In this document: positions 1 to 11,551 of the stretch, one piece after another
How positions within the stretch are numbered: position 1 is the stretch's first letter
How the letters are laid out: every line of letters begins with the position of its first letter
Origin: Pristiophorus japonicus
Lineage: Eukaryota
Direction: 5' to 3'
Assembly (NCBI RefSeq): GCF_044704955.1
Contig: NC_091984.1
Span: 145,638,001 to 145,702,000 of the forward strand
Length of the DNA: 64,000 nt
Notes under the pieces: model-generated
What the model was told of the DNA's origin: nothing
What the model saw: only the letters and a program-made list of their open reading frames with translations
Databases searched by the model: none
Program-made: the position numbers and the translations under genes

Positions 1-3000
1 TAGACCTCCCCAAATGCATGACCTCACACTTCTCCGGATTAAATTGCATTTGCCACTGTTCTGCCCACCTGACCATTTCATTGATATCTTTCTGCAATCT
101 GCAGCTCTTTTCTTCATTATCAACCACACGACCGATTTTAGTGTCATCTGCAAACTTCTGAATCATTCCCCCTACATTCAAGTCCAAATGATTGATATAT
201 ACCACAAAAAGTTAGGGACCTAGTACTGACCTCTGCGGAACCCCCCTGGAAACAGTCTTCCAGTCACAAAAACACCCATCAACCATTACCCTTTGCTTCC
301 TGCCTCTGAGCCAATTTTGGATCCAACTTGCAACTTTGCCCTGGATCTCATGGGCTTTTACCTTCGTGACCAGTCTGCAATGTGGCACCTTATCAAAAGT
401 CTTGCTAAAATCCATATATACTACATCAAATGCACTACCCTCATCGACCCTCCTTATTACTTCTTCGGTGAATTCAATTAAGTTTGTCAGACACGACCTT
501 CCCTGAACAAATCCATCCTGACTGTCCTTGATTAATCCCTCTATCTTAATGAAGATTTAACCTGTCTCTCAGGAGTTTTTTCCAATAATTTTCCCACCAC
601 TGAGGTTAGGCTGACTGGCCTGTAATTACTCGGTCTATCCCTTTCTCCCTTTTTAAACAAAGATACAATGTTAGCAGTCCTCCAGTCCTCCTGCACCACA
701 CCTGTAGCCAGAGAGGATTGGAAAATGATGGTCAGAGCCTCTGCTATTTCCTCTTTTGATTCTCTTAATAGCCTGGGATACATTTCATCCGGGCCAGGGG
801 ATTTATCCACTCTCAAAGCTGCTAAGCTCCTTAATACTTCCTCTCTCACTATGTTTCTTTCATCTCATATTTCCCACTCCTCCTCCCTGATTGCAATGTC
901 TGCATCGCCCCTCTCTTTTGTGAAAACAGACGCAAAGTGTTCATTAAGAACCAGACCCACGTTTTACGCCTCCACACACAGATTACCTTTGGTCTCTTAT
1001 AGGCCCAACTCTTTCTTTAATTATCCTCCTGCTCGTAATGTATTTGTAAAACATCTTTGGGTTTTCCTTGATTTTACTTGCCAAAATGTTTTCATGCTCT
1101 CTCTTTGCTTTCCTAATTTCCTTTTTAATTGCACCCATGCACTTTCTATACCCCTCTAAAGTTCCTGCAGTATTGAGCCCTTGGTATCTGTCATAAGCCT
1201 CCCTTTTTTACTTTATCCTACACTGTATTTCCCTTGACATCCAGAGGCCTGAGATTTGTTAGTCCCACCCTTTTTCTTTAAGGGAACAGACTTACTCTGA
1301 AACCACAGGATTTCCTCCTTGAATGCCTCCCACTGCTCTGACACTGATTTACCTTCAAGTAGCCGTTTCCAGTCCACTTTGGCCAAATCTCATCTCAGCT
1401 CAGCAAAATTGGCTTTTCCCCAACTGAGAACTTTTATTCGTGCTCTATCTTTGTCCTTTTCCATAACTACCCTAAATCTAACTGAATTATGATCACAGGC
1501 ACCAAAATGCTCTCCCACTGATACCCCTTCCAACTGCCCCTCTTCATCCCCCCAAAACCAAGTCCAGAACCGTCCTCTCCCTTGTTGGGCTTGTTACAAA
1601 CTGGCTAAAAAAGTTCTCCTGAAGGCATTTTAGGAATTCCGCACCCTCTATATCTTTCACACTAATTTTATCCCAGTTAATATTAGGGTAGTTGAAATCC
1701 CCTGCTATAACTGCCCTATAGTTTTTGCACTTGTCAGAAATGGGCCTACATATTTGATCTTCTCTCTCCCTCTGACTGTTTGGGGTCTATAGTACACTCC
1801 CAGCAGTGTGATTACCCCTTTTTTGTTCTTCAATTCGACCTATTTGGCCTCATTTGATGATCCTTCCGACATATCATCCCTCCTCACAGCTGTAATTGTT
1901 TCTTTCAATTGTTTCAGAACTGCGACCCCCTCCTTTTTTATCCCCCTCTCTATCCCGTCTGAAAACCCTGTAACCAGGAATGTTGAGCTGCCATACCTGC
2001 CCTTCTTTCAGCCATATCTCAGTAATAGCTATAATATCGTACTCCCAAATGTCTATCTGTGCTCTCAGCTCATCTGCCTTATTCCCTATACTCCTTGCAT
2101 TGAAGTATATACCATTTAGCACTGCCAAACTGCCTTGTTGTCTATTTTCTCGGCTTTGTTTCCTCTGTCTTCCAAAATCACTTTCTATTTTTCTGCTTTC
2201 CAATTCCAGCTTTGCTTCTCTTCCCACTGAATCCATTCTCAGGTTCCCATCCCCTGGCAAGCAAGTTTAAACCCTCCCCAAAGGCAATAGCAAATCCCCC
2301 CACAACGATATTCGTCCCGGCTCTGTTGAGGTGCAACCCATCTGGCTTGTACAGGTCCCACCTGCCCCAGAAATTGTCCCAATGCCTCAGGAAACTAAAG
2401 CCCTCTCTCCTGCAACATCTTTCTAGCCATGCAGTCATCTGCTCTACCCTCCTATTTCTGTAGTCACTATTGTGAGCTCAAAATAAAGTGTGACGTTAGT
2501 CTTTTTTGCAGGTCTCCAGAGTGCCCCCGCATCCTGTGAAGCCTCCTTAAATACCTTTGCTCTCAAGGGATTATGGGATTCCTTGGGACTCCAGGGGATG
2601 AGCCCTTTGGTGGCTGTACATAGTAAATACAAGTCCACATATATAACAACTAGCACGTGGCACTGGCAGTAATACGGAGATTACTACCTTTGAGGTCTTG
2701 CTTTTTTATCTCTCTCCTTGGTCCCTACTCTCCCCCTGTAGGATCTCATCCCTCTTTCTACCTGTGTCATTGGTACAGATATGGACCACAACCTCTGGCT
2801 GTTCACCCTCCCCCCTCAGAATGTACTGCAGCCACCCAGTGACATCCTTGATTCTGGCAACAGGCAGGCAACATACCATCCTGGAGTCACGTCTGCGGCC
2901 GCAGAAATGCCTGTCTGTTCCCCTAACTATCAAATCCCCTACCACGATTGCTCTTCCACTCTTCTTCCTCCCCCCCTGTGCAGCTGAGCCACCCGTGGTG

Positions 3001-3470
3001 CCGTGGACTTGGCTCTGGTTGCACTTCCTAGAGGAACCATCGCCCCCACCAGTACTCAGAACAGAATACTGGTTGGAGAGCGAGATGGACTCAGGGGACT
3101 CCTGCACTACCTGCCTGGACCTCCTCTTCTGTCTGGTGGTCACCCATTCCCTCTCGGCCTGCACAGTCTTAAGCTGCGTGGTGGCCACCTCTAGAAACGT
3201 GCTATCCACGAAGTTCTCAGCCTCGCGGATGCACCGCAGTGACTCCAGCCACCGCTCAATCTCCAACACGCGGACCTCGAGTTGCTGTAACTGGTGACAC
3301 TTCCTGCACATGTGGTCGTCCAGGCCACGAGAAGCGTCCAGGACTTCCCACATGGCACAGGATGTGCACTGCATGGGACAGAACTGCCCTGCCATGCCTC
3401 TATTTAATAGACTGAGAAATGACTGAGCAGAGATAAACTTAAAACTATTAAAAAAACAAATAATAGCCTG
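1..3470 (-). mobile_element. CR1 LINE, 5' part (ORF1 with Zn-finger/coiled coil/SGNH esterase, APE endonuclease, start of RT), degraded
   Basis: Minus-strand ORFs: MAGQFCPMQCTSCAMWEV..CRKC..LQQLEVRV, RAIVVGDLIVRG, VVHICTND, DGLHLN (ORF1); YFNARSIGNKADEL..ITEIWL (endonuclease); [40 protein letters not shown] (RT). Confidence 0.92.
2471..2648 (-). mobile_element. short solo LTR (Gypsy-like) inserted in CR1 ORF1
   Basis: 178-bp insert TGT..ACA interrupting CR1 sequence tcactagcacg; near-TSD actat/actag; TATA-like tatttaagg on minus strand. Confidence 0.6.
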
Positions 3471-3564
3471 GCCTACATCAGTTAGGCCATAATTTGTGGA
3501 TTCGTTCACCCCACTGAGGGCGAACACTGTCGATGGGCCATTAATGGTCTTAAGTTTTCAGCTC

Positions 3565-4487
3565 AGTCAGCTGTGGCTCAATGGGCAGCACACTCACCTC
3601 TGAGTCCAAAAGTTGTAGGTTCAAGTCCCATTCCAGAGACTAAGCTCAGAAATCTAGACTGACAGTCCCAGTGCAGTACTGAGGTAGTGACGCACTGTTG
3701 GAGGAGCCGTCTTTCAGGTGAGAGGTTAAACCGAGGCCTTGCCTGCCCTCTCAGGTGGGTGTTAACGATCCCATGTCACTACTTTGAAGAAGAGCAGGGG
3801 AGTTCTCCCCGGTGTCCTGGCCAATATTTATCCCTCAATCAACATTACAAAATCAGACTGGGGACGAAATTGCCCTGCTGTGCACCTACCATTAGTGCCT
3901 CCAGGGGCCACTCGGGGGATGTGTCAGTGTTTTCCCCGGGGAGGTGGGGGTGGCTACCAGCTTCCGCGGGATTTGGCAGAAACACGCAACGGAGAACGTC
4001 CCATGAGCCGTGTCTGTGCCAGTCCCGAGGGTCACGAACCGGTCTGCACTTCGCTGGCGAGGTGAAGCTTACTGCGATGTGCGCGTCGCCATTTGTTTTT
4101 GCCGAATTACCGGTCGGGCCTTTCTGTGCCAATGTGGCGGGGTCGGTGCTGCGATGGTGCAGCCCAACACTCGCTCCCTGAGCCCACCCCCAGGGGAAGT
4201 GCAGTGCACCACATTGCGCTCCACTTCCTGTCAGGGGCCGTGACCTCAATTTCGCTTCCGGGGTGGGACTTCGGCGTGGGAAAAGTTACTGCACCATCCG
4301 GGGCAATATGCAATTTGGGCCCATTATCTGGTCATAGTCACATGTGGGAGCTTGCTATGCACAAACTGTCTGTCGTGTCTCCTCCATTACCGCAGTGACT
4401 ACACTTCAAAAATACTTCATTGGCTGTAAAGCGCTTTGGGACATCCTGAGGTGGTGAAAGGCGCTATATAAATGCAAGTCTTTCTTA
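3565..4487 (+). mobile_element. tRNA-derived HE1-like SINE, interrupted by a MITE
   Basis: A-box-like tggctcaatggg and B-box ggttcaagtcc; core gcagtactgagg..tgcactgttggagg; tail gcgctatataaatgcaagtctttctt, shared with other copies (e.g. near 8640 and 52900-53070). Confidence 0.75.
3860..4322. mobile_element. non-autonomous TIR element (MITE-like)
   Basis: GC-rich insert bounded by imperfect inverted termini ggggacgaaattgc / gcaatttgggccc; the SINE resumes on both sides. Confidence 0.6.
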
Positions 4488-5895
4488 CCAATTCAGCTCA
4501 ACATCTTTGAAACCCAAACCCGCGGACAGTGACGGACAGGTAAAGACCCTGTGGTCCATCCAGCCCGTCCCACACAATTGTGATACCTTGTGTATCACAG
4601 AATAGACTCTCCACCCCACGCAAAACTACCTGATCTCCTAGGAGAGGCAAAAAACCAGGGAAAAAACCCATTGGGGGAAATAAATCTGGGAAACTCCTCT
4701 CCGACCATACCCCGCTCTCCCCCCAGGCGATGGAAACTAGTCCATGAGGTCACTGTGGCCCTGAATTCCCTGCAGTAACTACCTTCTGTAAGTGGTGATC
4801 TCCGCACCGGCCACAAACAGGTCCTGCTCTCGCTTATGTACAGCTCATGGATTTAAAATTACAAGCTTTCCCCACAGTGTCAAGTGCTGCAAATACTGTG
4901 TTACATTATCAGGGTTATATTCTCACTGTCTGTCATTGTCACAACACTCGCTATATAAATGCAAGTTGTTGTTGTGTTCAGGGGCCGCTGCATCTGGCTC
5001 AGGCTTCTTATCCATCTCCCCTTCCCTTCCCCTCCATTGGGGGCCGTGCCTTCAGCTGCCTGGGCCCTAACTCTCTGCTCCCTAAACCTCTTTGCCACTC
5101 CCCCTCTCTCCTCTTTTAAGATCTCCCTTCAAACCCAATCTGTGACTATCCCTCCCAGCCCCTCCCCCTTTGGCTCAGCACCACTTTGACCAGATTACGC
5201 CTCTGTCAGCTGCCACGGGATATTGTTCTAATGTTCCAGTTGTATAGCAAATCAGGTTGTTGCTGCTGTACCTGGTGGCAGAGCGTCTCTGTGTAGATAT
5301 ACCCCGTGCACCGAGCTCCGCGGTGAGGCCTCCCACAGTGGAATGGCCTGCCGATGCTCGCTGCAGTGCGGAGTGGCTACTGACCCACCAATCGGTCTGA
5401 GACACTGCCTCACGAGCGGACGAGGAGATACACGCTGAGATCCACCATCAAATGACACGTGGGGAACTGGAAATGATTCTGCAAACCTGACTGGAGGCTT
5501 GCTACAAACGGGTTTTACAAACCAATCAATTGAGTGACACAGTAATTGTCCAAAAATTTGGTCTTTTCAGAATCAACATCGCCTCCTTTTGGTATGAAGA
5601 CAGCACTGCCAATTTCCCTCACAATTTGACTGAGCTGCAATTTTCAATGTCTCCTTACATTGCTCGCTGTCAATCTTTATTCTATAACGCTCCTGTGAAG
5701 CGCTCGGGGAGTTTTACTGTGTTAAAGGTGCTGTATAAAAGTTGCTGTTGTTGTTTGTTCTGAGTTAGCTGTTTCAACTGAGGTCGGGATATGACTCACA
5801 GCTCAGACTGTGCGGCATCCAGTGATGCAATGTTGTATCTGGGTTCAAGCACCACTCCAGGGACCTGAGTGTAAAATAAAGACATACAGCACTGT

Positions 5896-6027
5896 GCAGT
5901 CCTGAGGGAGTGCTGCACTGTCAGAGGGGCAGTATTGAGGGAGTGCCGCATTGTCAGAGGGGCAGTACTGAGGGAGTGCCGCACTGTCGGAGGGGTGGTA
6001 CTGAGGGAGTGCCGCACTTTCGGAGGG
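5896..6027 (+). repeat. tandem repeat, about 34-bp unit x about 4, derived from SINE core
   Basis: gcagtactgagggagtgccgcactgtc(a/g)gaggg repeated; the same motif occurs at 3673-3705 in the SINE. Confidence 0.8.
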
Positions 6028-6423
6028 TGTGCGTGTATGCATTGGGAAATTTCAGTCCTAGTCACACAGCAATTGTTGGCAACGGTCTCTGATGAAATCC
6101 ATGTAACCCCTGTTGGGTTCCCCTGGATTATTCTCAGTTACTGAGGAAGTCTCGGCAGATCCAATACATGGGAACACCGAGCGCAGTGTTGACCGACTGG
6201 ACCTGGTGACCTGCAGCAACATCTGGACCCTCCGATTCCCCCCTTGGCCAAGTTTCCCAGCACACTGAGCGCTTCAGTCCTCACTTTATCTCACGGCATC
6301 TCAGAGCGGTTGAATCGTTGCATGGGATTTGTCTGCAAACAGTTGGATGGTGTCTGCTCTCAACTGGATTATGTTCTTACAGAGGCTCGACAGCGCCTCC
6401 TTCTGGTTCTCCTTGTTCCCCCA

Positions 6424-7112
6424 CAACAACAACAACAACTTGTATTTATATAGCGCCTTTAATGGAGTGAAACATCCCAAGGCGCTTCACAGGAGTATTA
6501 CGGGGTACAAATTTGACACCTAGCCGCATAAGTAGAAATTAGTGCTAGTCAAACAGGTCGGTTTTAAGGGGCGTCTTGAAGGAGGAAAGAGAGGTCGAGA
6601 GGCGGAGAGGTTTAGGGAGGGAGTTCCAGAGCTTGGGGCTCAAGCAACAGAAGGCATGGCCACCAATGGTTGAGCGATTATAATCAGGGATGCTCAGGAG
6701 GGCAGAATTAGAGGAGCGCAGATATCTTGGTTGGTTGTGGGGCTGGAGGAGATTACAGAGATAGGGAGGGGCGAGGCCATGGAGGGTTTTGAAAATAAGG
6801 ATGAGAATTTTGAAATAAAAGGCGTTGCTTAACCGGGAGCCAATGTAGGTCAGCGAGCACAGGGGTGATGGGTGAACAGGACTTGGTGCGAGTTAGGGCA
6901 CAGGCAGTTGAGTTTTGGGTCACCTCTAGTTTACGTAGGGTAGAATGTGGGAGACCATCCAGGATTGCGTTGGAATAGTCGAATCTAGAGGTAACAAAGC
7001 ATGGATGAGGGTTTCAGCAGCGGATGAGCTGAGGCAAGTGCGGGGACACGTGATGTTGTGGAGATGGAAATAGACGGTCTTAGTTATGCTGCGGATGTGT
7101 GGTCGAAAGCTC
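6424..7112 (-). mobile_element. L2-like LINE 3' fragment
   Basis: Minus translation LSFRPHIRSITKTVYFHL..LSSSAAETLIHA; (caa)n tail; a related copy lies at 57820-58240. Confidence 0.75.
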
Positions 7113-8157
7113 AGACTAATCAATGTGCCCGTCACTTTATGAGAACAGTAATGGGCTCCAATTGTAATGTTGCCCAGGCCCGTGACACACAGAAACTGGA
7201 CAAGTGTAGGGCAAACACCCCAACAATCTGCTCACCAGCGTGTCTGTGAGCTGCAGCTGTGAAACCCGTGGAGATTTGAACAGCTCTCCGAAGGAGGAAG
7301 CCACGGTGATTGGCTGACAGTCTGGGACGGTAAGGATCGGAGCTGCCTGCCCTTCCACAATGCCAGGCAGGCTGAGGCCAGTGTATTTCACCATTGCTCT
7401 GGCCGGCAGGACAGCCTCCTTGTCGGACTTGCCCAGGTCCATCATCTGGTCCCATCCCCCCCTTTTCACCGTGTCCTTACTGACTGTTTTATTATTGGTC
7501 GGAGCCAGTGGGTCCTTTAGTGCCCCCACACAGTCCATGCCCATCTCTGCTTCTCCATGTTTCACACCCAGCTGAGAAATCTCTCTGGTTGGATTTGCCG
7601 TGGGGAGCAGTACCATTGAGCAGAGAAACATTAACACAGGGGTTGAGATGAATGAGCAGGGCGCGGAATAACAGCGGGAATAATGTAGTCACCGCCTCTG
7701 CCAACTCGGGCTTAGTGTTCAGATGGCGGCCAGGGATCGAAGGGTTAATTAGATTGAAGCTCTTTCCTCGTTGCCCTCTCAGGCACAAATACACAGTCTG
7801 TAGCACTTTGCTGTGATTGGTCCACCCCTGCGGTTTCTGTGTTGCCATGGTTTCCATTGTGAGGCCAGGGGACATGTGCCCTCAGTGGTGATGTGTCCCG
7901 CGGGGGTCATGTGCCCATATAAGTCCTGCCCGCTGTGTGTGTCAGTTTAATGTGAGTGTTGGGGATGAAGGCCCAGACCTGAGATACAGGCGAGACGGAC
8001 AAGGCAACATTCACATCCCTGGGCAGCCATGTTGGATTGAGCAGCTGTTTCTTCCTAATAGACAACCCTCCACACCACAGACTCTCAAAGTCCTTGTGGG
8101 AAAAGGTGTAGAAATGGGAGTGTCCCACAGACATTTCCAACAGCATTGACCCAAATT

Positions 8158-8245
8158 GGGATTTTCATGTGTCGGGAATTGAAACTGTTTAATGACGTCA
8201 TGAGGAAGTGGTTGTGACATCAGAGCATTTTGTTGTGACATCAGA
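8158..8245. promoter_or_regulatory. candidate immune-type enhancer/promoter motif cluster
   Basis: kB-like GGGATTTTC 8158, EICE/ISRE-like GGAATTGAAA 8175-8184, perfect CRE TGACGTCA 8193-8200, ETS GAGGAAGTG 8202-8210, duplicated gttgtgacatcagagc, all in non-repeat DNA. Confidence 0.4.
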
Positions 8246-8714
8246 GCGGGCCATTGTGACATGTGTTCCAGTCTTCGCCCCTTTAAAATGGCAATCTATT
8301 GCCGACCAGCCCAGGTTCCTCCCTGCTTTCCTCCTTTGGCCTCGAGAGAGAAATCTCAGATCACACACAGATCGGGAGAACTTTATCCGGGAACATTGCG
8401 ACACACTTGTATAAACACACTTCAGCAAGGCTTCATGTTGGGTGTTGGTGTAGAAGCTTCTAGATTGCATTTAAAAGCTTGCTGCTCAGCACGGGGGTGA
8501 GGTCAAGGGTGAGGCTACAATTAGCCTCAGTTTACCGGGGTCAGGCAGGGTCACTGCTCCCAATGATCCTGTGACCTCCTGGAAGGTCAGAGTGCGTGGA
8601 CAATGGGCGAGGGTCAGGATCAGGGACCTCTCACTTCAATGAAAGAAAGCCTTGAATTTATATAGCGCCTTTCACAACCTCAGGACGTTCCAAGGTGCTT
8701 TACAACCAATTGCA

Positions 8715-10510
8715 CACAGAAAGGTTTACGAGGATGTTGCGAAGACTGGAAAATTTTAGCTATGAGGAAAGATTGGATAGGCTGGGTTTGTTTTCTTTGG
8801 CACAGAGGAGGCTGAGGGGAGATTTAATTGAGGTGTATAAAATTATGAAGGGCCTAGATAGAGTGGATTGGATGGACCTATTTTTCTCAGCAGACTGGTC
8901 AACAACCAGGGCATAGATTTAAAGTAACTGGTGGGAGGTTGAGAGGGGATTTGAGGGGAAATGTCTTCACCCAGAGGGTGGTGGGGGTCTGGAACTCACT
9001 GCCTAAAAGGGTGGTAGAGGCAGAAACCCTTAGCACATTTAAGAAGTACTTGGATGTACACTTGAAATGCCGTAACCCACAGGGCTACGGACCCAGAGCT
9101 GGAAAGTGGGATTAGGCTGGATAGATCTTTGTCCGCCAGCGTGGACACGATGGGCCGAATGGCCTCCTTTCATGCTGTAAATTTCTCTGATTCTACGAAG
9201 CTCCAGACTGCAATGAGATCATGACCAGATCATCGGTTTTAACTATGTTAGTTGTGGGATAAATATTGGCCAGGACACTGGGAAGAATCCCCTTGTCCTT
9301 CCAATCATGATTATATGAGCTTTCATGCCCACCTGAGTTAGATTTAGCGTAGTTATGTAAAAGGACAAAGATAGAGCAGGAATAAAGGTTCTCAATTGCG
9401 GAAAGGCCCATTTTACTAAACTGAGAGGTGATTTAGCAAAAGTGGGCTGGAAACAGCTACTTGAAGGTAAATCAGTGTCAGAGCAGTGGGAGGCATTCAA
9501 GGGGGAGATAGTGAGGGTTCAGAGCAATTATGTTCCCACAAAGGAAAAGGGTGGCACTCCCAAATCTAGAGCCCCCTGGATGGCAAAGGGCATACAGGGT
9601 AGGATAAGGCAAAAAAGGGAAGCTTATGTCAGATACCCAGAGCTAAATACTGCAGAAAGCCCAGAGGCATATAGGAAGTGCAGGGGTGAAATTAAAAAGG
9701 AAACTAGGAATACAAAGAAAGGGCATGAAAAAATATTGGCAAGTAAAATCAAGGAAAACCCGAAGATGCTTTGTAAATACATAAAGAGCAAGAGGATAAC
9801 TAAGGAAAGAGTTGGGCCGATTGGAGACCAAAAAGGTAACCTGTGTGTGGAGGTGGAAGATGTGGGTATGGTTGTAAGTGAATACTTTGCATCTGTCTTC
9901 ACAGAAGAGAGGCACGATGCAGGCATTGTAATTAAGGAGAAGTATGAAATATTAGATGTGATAAACATAGTGAGAGAGGAAGCATTAAGGGATTTAGCTT
10001 CTTGGAAAGTGGATAAATCTCCAGGCCCAGTTGAAATATATCCCAAGCTTTTAAGAGAAGCAAGGGAGGAAATAGCGGAGGTTCTGACCATCATTTTCCA
10101 ATCATCCCTGGCTACAGGTGTAGTGTTGGAGGACTGGAGGACTGCTAACGTGGTACCTTTGTTTAAAAAGTGAGAAAGGGATAGCCCAAGTAATTACAGG
10201 CCAGTCAGCCTAACCTCGGTGGTGGGAAAATTATTGGAAACAAATCTGAGGGAGAGGATAAATTGTCATATAGAAAGGGACGGATTAATCAAGGACAGTC
10301 AGCATGGATTTGTTAGTGGAAGGTTGCGCCTGACTAACTTGATGAATTTTTTGCGGAGATAACAAGGAGGGTCGATGAATGTTGCACCTTTGATGTTGTC
10401 TACATGGATTTTTGCAAGGCATTTGGTAAAGTCTCACATGGCAGAAAAGTTAAAAGCCCAGGGATCCAAGGGAAAGTGGCAAGTGGGATCCAAAATTGGC
10501 TGAGTGGCAG
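8715..10510 (+). mobile_element. CR1 LINE fragments (3' end 8715-9195; ORF2 middle 9335-10510)
   Basis: SYEERLDRLGLFSL..RLRGDLIEVYKI; WKQLLEGKSVSEQWEAFK..KSPGPVEIYP..DWRTANVVPLFKK. Confidence 0.88.
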
Positions 10511-11551
10511 TCTCTCACTCTGTCTCCGTCTCTCGCTCTCCCTTCCCCACAGACTCCCAGGTGCAGCACACTGAAATGCAGAGTAAACCGGCCTGTGCCC
10601 TGCCCCACCAATGGATGTTAACCCTTGACCCCAGAGCATGCCTTCTCCTGGAGTAAGGCCCCATTCCCACAGTGGCCATCCCGTGGCCTCTCTCAGTACA
10701 CTGGCTGTTTATTGCCCAATTAAGGGCCATTCTGTGCTGTGGGCCTATTCTCAGTGGGGACCGGTTTGGACAGAAAGCTCATTTCATGAAGGCTCAACAG
10801 AGGGAGGAGATCCTCACCCCATTAGTGTGAGCTGGAGTGACAGGACAGGGTCTGACCCACTGCCCCATCCTGTCTGCTCAGAACATCTTCGAATCCCTTC
10901 CCCTCTCCTTCCCCTTCCATGGCCCGGCTCCAGGTCAGGGTGTGCCAATGATCCAAAATTTGCACCAGGAAGGGTCCGCACTCCACGTCGACCATGGACT
11001 CCATATCCCACTGGTCCTCCAATCGAGCCCAGGCAACATGTTTCCTTCCTATTGGTTCCCCAGTAGGGACCAGGAAACATGGCTCCTTCCTATTGGTCCC
11101 GCAATAGGGACCAGGCAACATTGCTCCTTCCTATTGGACTACACTGACCTACTGCCCCTGACATCCCTGCCCTCTGAGAGTCTGTGCTGAGGGTGAGGCG
11201 CACTGTGGTCAGTTATCCTGTTGGCAAGCATCTTGAGAATGTTGGCACATTAAAGGCACCAGATCAATGCAGACTGTGCGTGGATTTCGGGTGTTGATAG
11301 TGCTGGACACAGTGGTGAGGCAGTCGGATATCCTGCTGAGAGTCCAGGCTTTCACACGTGGAATGGGGAAGTGGGTGAGGTTAGAACGTGCTGTCAGGGC
11401 CCATGGAACTGGACCCCAGCATGAAGCCTTCCTCAGGAGAGGAGAGGGAATGTTCAGAGCCCTGGGCTCCATTTTCCACACCAGGCATTTCCTGTCCCAG
11501 TGAATGAATGAGATGCCAATTTTGTGCCCAGGTTAGGGGCAGTCTCGTGCT

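Noticed and set aside
3570-3640. tRNA-like A and B boxes
   Set aside because: Head of a tRNA-derived SINE; no intact cloverleaf.
6086-6135. CTGATGA followed by a stem, as in a hammerhead ribozyme
   Set aside because: The stem (aatcca/tggatt) is not followed by the required GAAA core.
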